Positions 39,015-47,121 of a stretch of DNA of 47,121 nt are shown one piece after another. Position numbers and translations under genes: made by a program. This DNA is from Fibrobacteria bacterium (GTDB taxonomy: Bacteria; Fibrobacterota; Fibrobacteria; UBA11236). The notes beneath the pieces were generated by a model. The model saw only the letters and a program-made list of their open reading frames with translations. It made no database searches and was not told the origin of the DNA. The stretch lies in the NCBI GenBank assembly GCA_043732185.1, contig JAYTHY010000001.1:1-47121 (forward strand), written 5' to 3'. Position 1 is the first letter of the stretch. The number at the start of each line of letters is the position of its first letter.

Positions 39015-39293
39015 TTAGCTGACGCTCATCATGGTGCGATAGAGGGCATAACATAAACTGGTAAAGGCCAATCCGCCAATGCATACCAAGGTCGAAGGTA
39101 AGAATGGAGGCAGAAAACCAAAAAGTTTGAGATTCAGCAACAACCCCGTCATCAGCACGGCCAAGCTAATTTGCAGATATCGGTACGGGGGGCCCTTTTG
39201 GAATTTCTGTCGATAGAATTTGGCGATCAAAGTCAAGTAGAAGCCGATGACACCAAAGAGGAGAGACGTCAACAGCATACCGGCTGCATGCAT
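39015..39293 (-). CDS. Small 3-TM membrane protein
   Basis: 92 aa from ATG 39293; three hydrophobic segments, basic loop KFYRQKFQKGPPYRY; 13 bp after the ATPase stop. Confidence 0.7.
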   Translation of the reverse strand: MHAAGMLLTSLLFGVIGFYLTLIAKFYRQKFQKGPPYRYLQISLAVLMTGLLLNLKLFGFLPPFLPSTLVCIGGLAFTSLCYALYRTMMSVS

Positions 39294-39306
39294 CCAAGGC
39301 ACCGGG

Positions 39307-40089
39307 CTATTTACCTTTGCGCTTGGCAATAGCCGAAAAAGCTTCCACAAAAGCATCGCCTTCGGTTTTAACCGGAGAGCCACTCATAACGCCCTGGCGA
39401 CCGATGAATTTATCCATGATTTCAATGCCGCCCTTGGCGATATGGAATTGGCGAATATCCTTGGCATGCTGGCTGCCCCGCATTTTAAGCACAAGAATTG
39501 CTTTGGAGATGGCGCTGTCGATTTCCACATAGCGCAGAATGAAATAATTGTCGGCGATGAACGGCGCCTGGGAAAGACTGCTGGTATCTCCCAGCAGATT
39601 GCTGTTCTCCCGCAGTAACAGGGAAGTTATCCCCTCACGTTTTAGGCTGGAGATGAAACCATTTTCCATTTCCCGCAATTCATCCGGTTCTTCAGCGGCA
39701 TATTCGAAATGGGTCAACGAGTCCACCAAACACCGCTTGATGCCCATCTCGTCGATCAAGGTTTCCAGCGCCCCGCCCAATTCTTCGACTTCACTGGCAA
39801 CGGTGGTGGGATCGGAAAAGATGATTTTGAGAAGCCCTTGCTCTTCATATTTTTTAAGATCCCAGCCGAAGTTCAAGGCATCATGGTAATACTGACTTGG
39901 GAATTCTTCGAATGTGAGAATAAGTCCCGGCTCCTGGAATTTTTCAATGCCGTTGACGATGAACTGCATGCCCAGCGTCGTTTTTCCCGTACCTGGCGCG
40001 CCTTCCACCACAGTCGCGCTTCCCCGGACCACGCCACCGTCGATCATCTTGTCCAAAGCCTCTATTCCAAATGCGACGCGTTCCAGCAT
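39307..40089 (-). CDS. Single-domain KaiC-like RecA-superfamily ATPase (KaiC/GvpD/RAD55 family)
   Basis: GIEALDKMIDGG, Walker A GAPGTGKTT, TFEE, Walker B CLVDSL, LRYVE, KMRGSQH. Start ATG 40089 follows a GGGGAG RBS. Confidence 0.9.
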   Translation of the reverse strand: MLERVAFGIEALDKMIDGGVVRGSATVVEGAPGTGKTTLGMQFIVNGIEKFQEPGLILTFEEFPSQYYHDALNFGWDLKKYEEQGLLKIIFSDPTTVASEVEELGGALETLIDEMGIKRCLVDSLTHFEYAAEEPDELREMENGFISSLKREGITSLLLRENSNLLGDTSSLSQAPFIADNYFILRYVEIDSAISKAILVLKMRGSQHAKDIRQFHIAKGGIEIMDKFIGRQGVMSGSPVKTEGDAFVEAFSAIAKRKGK

Positions 40090-40114
40090 AGATCTCCCCG
40101 GGAATACTCCCGAT

Positions 40115-41068
40115 TCAGTTCCGTCCAACTTTCCCGCCCGGAAGGGAGGGAGAAATCAAGGTAAGAAGCACCGCCTTTTGGGCGTGCAGCCGGTTTTCAG
40201 CTTCATCAAAAATGACACAATGCGGAGAATCCATCACTTCCTGTGTGATTTCTTCATCCAAATGCGCCGGCAGACAATGGGTCACCAAACAACCTTGAGG
40301 TGCGTGCGAAACTAGGTCCGCGTTGACTTGGAAACGGGAAAAATGCCGTTTCTTTTCTTCGGCTTGAGCTTCTTCGCCCATGCTGATCCACACATCGGTA
40401 TAAATGCAATCCGCCCCGGCAACGGCCGCAATGGGATCATGCGTGACGGAATATTTGCCTCCGTATTTATGAAACAGCTGCTGCAAATCCTGTACGATGG
40501 CAGCGGGCTGTTCGTAGCCAGTGGGGCAGGCCAGGGTAAAATGCATTCCCAGCTGCCCGGCCAGTTCCGCAATGGAGTTGGCCACATTATTGCCGTCACC
40601 GACAAATACGATTTTAAGTCCCGAAAGTTTGCCCCGGCGTTCCATCAAAGTTTGCCCTAAAGCCAAAGCCTGACAGGGATGATGCAAGTCGGTCAATGCG
40701 TTGATAACAGGAACGGTGGCATACTTGGCCAGTTCCGTGACCAAACTATGACTATAGGTGCGGGCAATGATGGCGTCCACCCAGCGGGAAAGGCTTTTAG
40801 CGGCATCGGAGACAGATTCACGTTTGCCCAAGGAAATCTGGCTCGGATCCAAATTGATGGCGGCACCGCCCATTTGTACCATGCCGGCTTCGAAAGTGAC
40901 TCGCGTGCGCAAGCTTGGCTTCTCAAAAATCATGGCGGCCGTGCGGCCTTTGAGGGCATCGCTGGCACCTTTTTCCTTGTACTCGCGTTTGATTGAAGCC
41001 GCAAGTTCCAAGAGCCCTTCGACTTGGGCTCGACTTAAATCCAGAAGGGTTATCAAATGCTGTGGCAT
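40115..41068 (-). CDS. argF: Ornithine carbamoyltransferase
   Basis: FEKPSLRTRVTFE, VINALTDLHHPCQAL, GDGNNV, YTDVWISMG, HCLPAH, EAENRLHAQKA. Confidence 0.95.
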   Translation of the reverse strand: MPQHLITLLDLSRAQVEGLLELAASIKREYKEKGASDALKGRTAAMIFEKPSLRTRVTFEAGMVQMGGAAINLDPSQISLGKRESVSDAAKSLSRWVDAIIARTYSHSLVTELAKYATVPVINALTDLHHPCQALALGQTLMERRGKLSGLKIVFVGDGNNVANSIAELAGQLGMHFTLACPTGYEQPAAIVQDLQQLFHKYGGKYSVTHDPIAAVAGADCIYTDVWISMGEEAQAEEKKRHFSRFQVNADLVSHAPQGCLVTHCLPAHLDEEITQEVMDSPHCVIFDEAENRLHAQKAVLLTLISPSLPGGKVGRN

Positions 41069-41170
41069 GAAGTGGCTATTCCAGGAAATTTGTCCGATTA
41101 TTATAGAACAGTTTACACCGATCCGTTCCAGTGTAAACTTATAAATAAATAATGCTAAATTTACCTAGGA

Positions 41171-42040
41171 ATGACCAATACCATCCAGACGCTCCCCTGC
41201 TACGGGAAAATAAACTTGTTTTTGGAAATACAAGAACGGCGCTCGGACGGCTTTCATAATTTGGGTACCCTATTCCATACGGTTGGCTGTTGCGACATGT
41301 TACATGCGGAACCCTGGGATACATTGGAGTTGATCTGCCCGCCTGGCATAACCGCCGACCCGAATCAAAACCTGATCATGCGAGCAGCTCGCCTGCTCCA
41401 AAAAAATTACCCCGACCGATTAAATTCCAAATCTGGAATCCGTTTTAACCTAGAGAAAAACCTCCCCTCAGCCGCCGGCCTAGGGGGCGGAAGCTCCAAT
41501 GCCGCCGCCGCTCTCATCCTATGCAATCGCATATGGAACTTGGGCCTCAGTCTGGCCGAACTTGTGCCTATTGCAGCCGAACTAGGATCGGACGTACCGT
41601 TTTTTCTCTATGGCGGTGCCTCATTTGGGGAAGGAAAAGGAGAGCGGCTCCTTCCCGCCCCAGACCCTTATCCTTTTCACATTGTAATCGGCACACCAGA
41701 GTGCCGGGTAGAAACGGCTTGGGCCTATGGTCAGTTAGATGCCGACCGGAAAAAGGGCTGGGGCCGCTTCAAGGCGCTCTATTTCACCTATTGTGAGGAC
41801 TGGCAATTTTATCAAATGCTCCGCAACGATTTCGACGCACCTATCCGCCGCCATTTTGCCCCTATCCAATCCATGTATGACTGCATGCAAACCTTCTCTC
41901 CCGTCAAAACCCTGCTCAGTGGCAGTGGCGCCAGCCTTTTTTCACTTTTCCGAGAGAAGGGTGATGCCCAGCAATGCTTAGAGGCCATTTCTGGGACCAG
42001 CCGGTTCTCCTGCCTGACCGAATTCTGTACTTCAGCTTAG
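41171..42040 (+). CDS. ispE: 4-diphosphocytidyl-2-C-methyl-D-erythritol kinase
   Basis: GKINLFLEI..RRSDGFH, KNLPSAAGLGGGSSNAAA, LGSDVPFF, GKGE, NDF, LSGSG. Confidence 0.93.
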   Translation: MTNTIQTLPCYGKINLFLEIQERRSDGFHNLGTLFHTVGCCDMLHAEPWDTLELICPPGITADPNQNLIMRAARLLQKNYPDRLNSKSGIRFNLEKNLPSAAGLGGGSSNAAAALILCNRIWNLGLSLAELVPIAAELGSDVPFFLYGGASFGEGKGERLLPAPDPYPFHIVIGTPECRVETAWAYGQLDADRKKGWGRFKALYFTYCEDWQFYQMLRNDFDAPIRRHFAPIQSMYDCMQTFSPVKTLLSGSGASLFSLFREKGDAQQCLEAISGTSRFSCLTEFCTSA

Positions 42041-42050
42041 TGAAATCGGG

Positions 42051-42079
42051 TTGCAACACCCCCTTTTTCTTCTTACTTT
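42051..42079 (+). promoter_or_regulatory. Sigma70-type promoter for tRNA-Gln/rplY
   Basis: TTGCAA (42051-42056), 17 bp spacer, TACTTT (42074-42079), then GC-rich discriminator GCCCCCG typical of stable-RNA promoters. Confidence 0.6.
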
Positions 42080-42094
42080 AGCCCCCGTTCCCGG

Positions 42095-42169
42095 TGGGGC
42101 GTCGTCTAGTGGCAAGACAACGGCCTTTGACGCCGTTTACCGTAGGTTCGAATCCTACCGCCCCAACCA
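42095..42169 (+). tRNA. tRNA-Gln (anticodon TTG)
   Basis: Acceptor stem TGGGGCG/CGCCCCA, D-arm GTC-TAGTGGCAA-GAC, anticodon arm ACGGC-CTTTGAC-GCCGT, T-arm GTAGG-TTCGAAT-CCTAC, encoded CCA end. Confidence 0.96.
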
Positions 42170-42276
42170 GGGGACTGCTTCCATCTTGATAAGGTGAGAG
42201 CGACCGATTTGAGTCCAAAAATCATCAGGAAGGCATGTCATACGGTCTGACATGTGTACTGAAAAAGGAAATGAAT

Positions 42277-42954
42277 ATGTCCAATCTAACGCTTAGTGCC
42301 AAAAATCGCCCCAAATCCAGCAAAGGGGCCCTATTGCGAATGCGCAAAGAAGGCCGCGTTCCCGCCATTGTTTATGGTTTGGAAGTCGACCCTCTACTTG
42401 TGGAAGTCAACGCTGTGGAAATGCGTCCCCATTTGGGAAGAAAAAACCAGGTCATCGATTTGAATGTTGATGGCGTCCCTCAGCAGGTCATGTTAAAATT
42501 GGTCGAAACCGATCCCATCCGCCGCGACTTGATTGTTCATATTGATTTTCTACGCGTCAATAATCAAAGACCCGTGATCGTAAATGTGCCAGTGAGCACA
42601 TTCGGCATTCCTTATGGCGTAAAAACCCAGGGCGGCGTCTTCTCGGTTATGAAAAAGTTCGTAAAACTACGTGCCAAGGTTCAGGACATTCCTGAAAAAT
42701 TCCATATGGACATAACGGAGCTTGCGAACGGAACCATCTTTTATGTCAAGGATTTGAAATTCGACAAGGGTACGTTTGTGACTCCCCCAAAAACAGCGTT
42801 ATTCGGTGTGACCACCGGCAAGGCCGAAGAAGAAGTGGTTGCTGAGAAGCCCGCAGCGGCGGCGGCAGCAGCACCAGCAGCAGGTAAAGACGGCAAGACT
42901 CCGGCGGCAGGTAAAGACGCCAAAGCACCTGCGGCAGGCAAGGACAAGAAGTAA
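42277..42954 (+). CDS. rplY: 50S ribosomal protein L25/Ctc (long form)
   Basis: LRMRKEGRVPAIVYG, IVHIDFLRV, GVKTQGG, DIPEKFHMDITEL. AAGGAA RBS favours ATG 42277 (or 42271). Confidence 0.93.
   Translation: MSNLTLSAKNRPKSSKGALLRMRKEGRVPAIVYGLEVDPLLVEVNAVEMRPHLGRKNQVIDLNVDGVPQQVMLKLVETDPIRRDLIVHIDFLRVNNQRPVIVNVPVSTFGIPYGVKTQGGVFSVMKKFVKLRAKVQDIPEKFHMDITELANGTIFYVKDLKFDKGTFVTPPKTALFGVTTGKAEEEVVAEKPAAAAAAAPAAGKDGKTPAAGKDAKAPAAGKDKK
42874..42951 (+). repeat. Three imperfect 27-bp coding repeats (PAAGKDxKx) in the L25 tail
   Basis: ccagcagcaggtaaagacggcaagact / ccggcggcaggtaaagacgccaaagca / cctgcggcaggcaaggacaagaag. Confidence 0.7.
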
Positions 42955-42975
42955 TTCTTGCTCCCTGACTAGATC

Positions 42976-43563
42976 TTGCATATTCTTTTGGGCCTGGGGA
43001 ATCCGGGCCCTAAATATGACCTCACCCGCCACAATATCGGCTTTGCATTAGTAGATAGATTGGTCGAGTCCCTGGGCCAATCCACAGCTGACAAATTTGG
43101 CACATGGAAAACGGAAGCCAAATCCTTGACGCGACGATTCACATTGGCGGGCCTTCCGCTTTTAGTTGGCAAGCCCCAGACCTTTATGAATCTCAGTGGA
43201 GAATCTGCCCAGGCGCTGCTGGCTTTCTACAAAGTTTCCATCAAAAACCTAATCGTGGTTGTCGATGACCTGTACTTGGAAATGGGTGCGGTGCGCATTC
43301 GGACTCAAGGCGGGCATGGCGGCCATAATGGACTTCGGGATCTGATTGAACATTGTGGCGACGATTTTACTCGCGTGCGAATCGGTGTTGGACCCTTGCC
43401 ACCGGACACGGATCGGGCCGACTTTGTGCTGCGAAAATATGGATCCGATGAGTCAAAAACTTTAGAGACGGTACTGTCCCGGTCAAAAGAATTGATAGAA
43501 ACCGGATTGACCTTGGGATGGGAGCGGGCCGGTTCCCTGTTTAATCGACGTTCGCCTATTTAG
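42976..43563 (+). CDS. pth: Peptidyl-tRNA hydrolase
   Basis: GLGNPGPKYDLTRHNIGF, KPQTFMNLSG, DDL, GGHGGHNGL, RVRIGVG. Confidence 0.95.
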   Translation: MHILLGLGNPGPKYDLTRHNIGFALVDRLVESLGQSTADKFGTWKTEAKSLTRRFTLAGLPLLVGKPQTFMNLSGESAQALLAFYKVSIKNLIVVVDDLYLEMGAVRIRTQGGHGGHNGLRDLIEHCGDDFTRVRIGVGPLPPDTDRADFVLRKYGSDESKTLETVLSRSKELIETGLTLGWERAGSLFNRRSPI

Positions 43564-43616
43564 TTGCGGGGTTTTTTTCTATTTTGCCAGTGTAACCTTA
43601 AAGTCAGGTATTCAGG

Positions 43617-44333
43617 ATGCAAGAGGATTTACAGTATCTTTTAGACCTTTCAGCGGTCGATAAGAAGGTTTACGAGCTTAAGCTTACGAAAAAGGATCTA
43701 CCCCTTCGCATCGAGACCCTCAAGGAGGATATCGAGCGAGAAAAAACCAAGCTGGAGGGGACCAATCAGGCTATTGCCGAGACCAGGACCTTGATGCAGG
43801 AAAATCAGGATATTTGCGTCGTGGAGCAAACTTCGCTCACACTCAGCAATCGCCGGTTGGAGGCAATTACCACCAATCGAGAATACGATGCCGTCCATTT
43901 GGAAATTGCCACGCATAAACGCAATATCGATAGCGCTCAAGCCAATGTCATCCACCATCAGCAGATGTTGGAAAATCTTTTGAAAGAAAAAGAAGAGGTT
44001 GAGGCCACCTACAAGCAGATTTTAGAAGCGAACGAACCTGAGTTGAATAAATTAGTCGAGGAGCTTGGTGGTATTGAAGATCGCATTGCCGAAGAATTCG
44101 CCAAATCAGAGGCTCCGCGCTCAAAGATTAACAAAAAGGTTTTGAGCGTGTATGACCGAGTGGTCAATCGCCGCGGAACACCGAATGTGATCGCAGCCAT
44201 CAACCGGAATCAAAAAGCTTGTCTCGTTTGCAATCGGACGCAAACCCCCCAGCGAATTATTGAGATTAGCAAAAAGAACGCAATGCTCACCTGCGAGAGC
44301 TGCGGCAGTATTTTGGTTTGGAAAGAGGATTAA
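43617..44333 (+). CDS. Coiled-coil protein with C-terminal C4 zinc ribbon (DUF164/CT398/HP0958-like)
   Basis: Long coiled coil, TTNREYDAVHLEI, C-terminal CLVC...CESCGSILVW. Confidence 0.88.
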   Translation: MQEDLQYLLDLSAVDKKVYELKLTKKDLPLRIETLKEDIEREKTKLEGTNQAIAETRTLMQENQDICVVEQTSLTLSNRRLEAITTNREYDAVHLEIATHKRNIDSAQANVIHHQQMLENLLKEKEEVEATYKQILEANEPELNKLVEELGGIEDRIAEEFAKSEAPRSKINKKVLSVYDRVVNRRGTPNVIAAINRNQKACLVCNRTQTPQRIIEISKKNAMLTCESCGSILVWKED

Positions 44334-44338
44334 TTATC

Positions 44339-44358
44339 GGAACCGCAACTGCGGTTCC
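44339..44358. terminator. Hairpin between convergent genes, probable terminator
   Basis: GGAACCGC-aact-GCGGTTCC, a perfect 8-bp stem between the stops at 44333 (+) and 44377 (-). Confidence 0.6.
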
Positions 44359-44376
44359 ATTCCTTATTTCACTTGG

Positions 44377-44997
44377 CTATTTTGTTGAAGCCGCTCCAGC
44401 TGGGGCGGTTTTTTCTTTTACGGCCTTGGCGAGAGTTTTGGATGTTTCCAGGGCAAGTACCGATAGCATTCGGTTCAGATAGCCTTCCTTTTCAAGCGGG
44501 CTCATAAGCTGAATAGGCTTTGGGCCCGTAAGCAATGCCTTGTCAGCTAAGTGACCCGTTACCCGTCCATCATAAACCAGAATTCCCGTCGACGCTTCAA
44601 GAACGCGCAAACGAATTTCTTGGGACCACGTCACTTTTAGTCGCCACGGTTTCCACCAAATCCTTTTACTGACACTCTCCAGCGTTTCCATTTGACCAAA
44701 GGCAAAGTATTGGGCGCTCAATTCTTTGCTTAGGCGTGGAAGATCCACTGGACTGACGTCCGGTTCGGAAAGGACACCTTTTGAGAAGAGTGCGGCCACT
44801 TCTGAATTTGAAAAGGCAATCAAGCCCGTATCCGCAGCAAGTTCAAATTGTATGCGACTTCGCAGGTTATCCCGGATTAACGGATTGGATTCTCGATCAA
44901 AACCCAAGAAGGCTAAAGACGGCTTGGAATAGGCATCCATGACCAAATAGCCAAGCGCCAAAACCAGAGCGAGTACTGTTTTAAAGACGGTTTGCAT
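44377..44997 (-). CDS. Hypothetical exported protein, possibly TolB_N/CsgG-like fold
   Basis: Signal-like N-terminus; PSLAFLGF, LSKELSAQYFAFGQM, IRLRVLEASTGILVY pattern. Confidence 0.55.
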   Translation of the reverse strand: MQTVFKTVLALVLALGYLVMDAYSKPSLAFLGFDRESNPLIRDNLRSRIQFELAADTGLIAFSNSEVAALFSKGVLSEPDVSPVDLPRLSKELSAQYFAFGQMETLESVSKRIWWKPWRLKVTWSQEIRLRVLEASTGILVYDGRVTGHLADKALLTGPKPIQLMSPLEKEGYLNRMLSVLALETSKTLAKAVKEKTAPAGAASTK

Positions 44998-45287
44998 CCC
45001 TTTGGATATCGGAAGCTTGCAAGATTTCCTTTAATTAAATGAGAAAAATGGTGTTGATGACACGAATGCATCACCCATTTGACACCCGACTGAACACTAA
45101 TTTTCTCCAGCAAGACATACAAAGCTGTCTTATTTCTGTGGATTGGCGGTAACCTATTGGATAAAATGCGGCGGCATGCAGCAATGACGGGATTAAAACC
45201 GTTTTCCAGACCATCACTTCGTTTACCGGAACAGCGTTAATTCTTAGACTTTGTTTAGAAAATTGTAGTTCATCTGGAGGGCGTAGA

Positions 45288-46487
45288 GTGAGACTAGTAG
45301 CAGTCCTTGTTGTATTTTTCCTGTTTACCGCCGGGGAAAAAATAAATGCCCAAGTGGTGAATTCAGCAACCACGCCATGGGTCGCGGACACCGCCGCAGT
45401 TTTTTCTGATCCAGAGGACAACTGGGCCAAGGACCCTTCGGTTATCAAATATGGAAACACCTATTACATGTATTACTCCAGTGCCAATCCATGGCCGCCC
45501 GAAGGTGGCAAAGGGCCTCCCAGGATTGATTACGCAACGTCACCGGACGGGCTGACTTGGACCTACAAGGGACTGGCGATTCCAAAGGGAGCGCCTGGTA
45601 CTTGGAATGAAGAGCGGAGCCAGGCACCGTCGAAGCCTATGCTGAAAGATGGTATCTGGTACATGTTTTTTGCAGGTGCCCGCAATGGAAAAGCTCCAAT
45701 GCTGGGATATTCCACATCCACGGATCTTATCACCTGGACGGAGTTCAAAGGCAACCCTTTGGTGGCCAATGCCAAGTGGAACGATCCCTTTCTGTACCTG
45801 GAAAATGGGATTTATTATTTATCCTACGATGACGCAGGAGAAGCAATCTGGTACCTTACCTCGACCAATTTAAAGGACTGGGACACTACCAAAGCAATTC
45901 GTACGGACGCAGTTGGTGAGGGAAATATCATTTTCAAGCAAAACGGGCAATATGTCCGATACGGGGCTACGGGACTTTCCACGAACGGCGAGTACTACCA
46001 ATCCGCATATTCCAATAATATGACCAACTTTACCAAACTCGGAAAAATTTCCATGAACATACCGTCCTGGGCTACCGGGGCATTTGGACACGGTGATATT
46101 ATCGAGCACGGAGATGAGTACTGGTTCTATTTCCAGGGAACCAAGACTAATGGTGTTATTTTCCAAATTGGACTGGCCAAACAGAAAATCGGAACAACAG
46201 GCATCCAGCTGGTTGGCGAACCCTCTATTGCCAACACCTCAATTGTCGTTCAAAAAAGTCCGACAGGCTATTCCATCGCCTTACCTAAGACCACATCCGG
46301 CCACTCTCCATACTCCTTAACTATTACCAACCTCGCGGGGCGTAGTGTTTTCAAGGCGACGAAATCATCCGGCACTCAAATATTCTGGAATACTTCCAGT
46401 GGAGAGTATGCCGGAGGCTTGTACTTGCTCCGCGCGCGACTGCCAAATAAAAAAATCCTCTCAAAACAAATTCTAGTCACTCGGTAG
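45288..46487 (+). CDS. Secreted five-bladed beta-propeller glycoside hydrolase (GH43/32/117-like) with T9SS-type C-terminal domain
   Basis: GGAGG RBS, GTG start, signal peptide; AKDPSVIKYGNTYYMYYS, YATSPDGLTW, STDLITW...NP, WNDPFLY, VGEG, GHGDII; C-terminal ITNLAGRSV...WN...GGLYLLR...KQILV. Confidence 0.8.
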   Translation: MRLVAVLVVFFLFTAGEKINAQVVNSATTPWVADTAAVFSDPEDNWAKDPSVIKYGNTYYMYYSSANPWPPEGGKGPPRIDYATSPDGLTWTYKGLAIPKGAPGTWNEERSQAPSKPMLKDGIWYMFFAGARNGKAPMLGYSTSTDLITWTEFKGNPLVANAKWNDPFLYLENGIYYLSYDDAGEAIWYLTSTNLKDWDTTKAIRTDAVGEGNIIFKQNGQYVRYGATGLSTNGEYYQSAYSNNMTNFTKLGKISMNIPSWATGAFGHGDIIEHGDEYWFYFQGTKTNGVIFQIGLAKQKIGTTGIQLVGEPSIANTSIVVQKSPTGYSIALPKTTSGHSPYSLTITNLAGRSVFKATKSSGTQIFWNTSSGEYAGGLYLLRARLPNKKILSKQILVTR

Positions 46488-46489
46488 AT

Positions 46490-47121
46490 ATGAAAATCAG
46501 CCGTAGGTATCCCTCAGATGAAAGGACCATACTGAAGGATCGTCCACGTTTATCTAACGGCGCAATGTGCATTCTTAAAGCGCTTGCCTTTACCGTTCTT
46601 GGAATTTCCTTATCCTCAGCGGCACCGCCAAATGTGATTATGGTGCTGGTCGATGACCTCGGCTGGCATGAGTTCGGTTGCTACGGAAACACTTTTAACG
46701 CAAGTCCCAACGTGGACAAGCTTGCGAGCGAAGGCGTACGTTTTACCAATGCCTATAGTTCGTCACCCGTTTGTTCCCCCGCTCGAGCCACATTAATGAC
46801 CGGACAAATGCCCGTGCGGAATAGCATCACGGAATATTTAGACGACAATTATGTGGAATTCCTCGATCCCACGAAATTCGTTTCGGTGGCGAGAACACTT
46901 AAGAACAAGGGCTACCATACGGGCCTCATCGGAAAATGGCATCTCGATGGCCATTTGATGAACGGATCTATCAATACCGGCGCTGGTTCGCCAGCCAAGA
47001 ACGGATTCGACGAAGTCCTCTGCAATGAATCCAGTCGCATTGGGAGCGGAGATTATTTCTTTCCGTACTTTTTTCTTCCCGGACTTAAGCAGCGTATTTT
47101 TCCCACAGAAAGTCTCATCGA
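46490..47121 (+). CDS. Sulfatase (S1, Cys-type), runs off the right edge
   Basis: Absent from the ORF track because there is no stop in the window. Manual translation: PPNVIMVLVDDLGWHEFGCYG...SPNVDKLASEGVRFTNAY...CSPARATLMTG (CxPxR)...GYHTGLIGKWHL. Start may be 46490 or 46565. Confidence 0.92.
   Translation, partial: MKISRRYPSDERTILKDRPRLSNGAMCILKALAFTVLGISLSSAAPPNVIMVLVDDLGWHEFGCYGNTFNASPNVDKLASEGVRFTNAYSSSPVCSPARATLMTGQMPVRNSITEYLDDNYVEFLDPTKFVSVARTLKNKGYHTGLIGKWHLDGHLMNGSINTGAGSPAKNGFDEVLCNESSRIGSGDYFFPYFFLPGLKQRIFPTESLI

Noticed and set aside
39307..40089. A circadian kaiABC clock
   Set aside because: Only one RecA domain is present, the Ser/Thr phospho-pair appears absent, and no kaiA or kaiB is in the window.
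42095..42169. tRNA-Gln as the integration site of an island
   Set aside because: It is flanked by core genes, and no duplicated 3' tRNA end or integrase was seen nearby.
44998..45287. Riboswitch or RNase P RNA in the 290-bp intergenic region, and the 45071-45460 minus-strand ORF
   Set aside because: Only an imperfect hairpin (AAATGG..TGATG / CATCA..CCATTT) was seen, with no recognisable aptamer or GAGGAAAGTCC motif. The ORF overlaps the GH gene antisense. A divergent promoter region is the simplest explanation.

Overview
Gene-dense, mostly housekeeping chromosomal window. A Fibrobacterota/FCB-like origin is inferred from T9SS-type C-terminal domains, DUF2723 and the gene content; this is not proven. 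Positions 1-29.3 kb are one co-directional minus-strand run: nfu, ribD-ribE-ribB(A)-ribH-nusB, a seven-gene glycosylation cluster led by a DUF2723/TMEM260-family GT-C enzyme, accA, trm112-like, a large acidic TPR protein, accB-pilT/U-accC, dapA, wHTH, apt, a lamin-tail protein plus beta-barrel, an HD-GYP protein, xerC and a truncated 4xPAS sensor. The right part holds pyrD, gdhA, a DxxGxDxY-repeat/HEAT/SEC-C trio, murI, an orphan gene, a compact KaiC-like ATPase + two 3-TM proteins + receiver module behind argF, ispE-tRNA-Gln-rplY-pth, a zinc-ribbon protein, a secreted beta-propeller glycosidase and a truncated sulfatase. No mobile element, CRISPR array or rRNA was seen. The best candidates for undescribed systems are the KaiC-like membrane signalling module (38327-40089), the TMEM260-like protein glycosylation locus (15179-24822), and the FimV-like repeat scaffold plus PilT/U embedded in the acc genes (8698-13913). 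All calls come from reading motifs by eye; no database searches were run.
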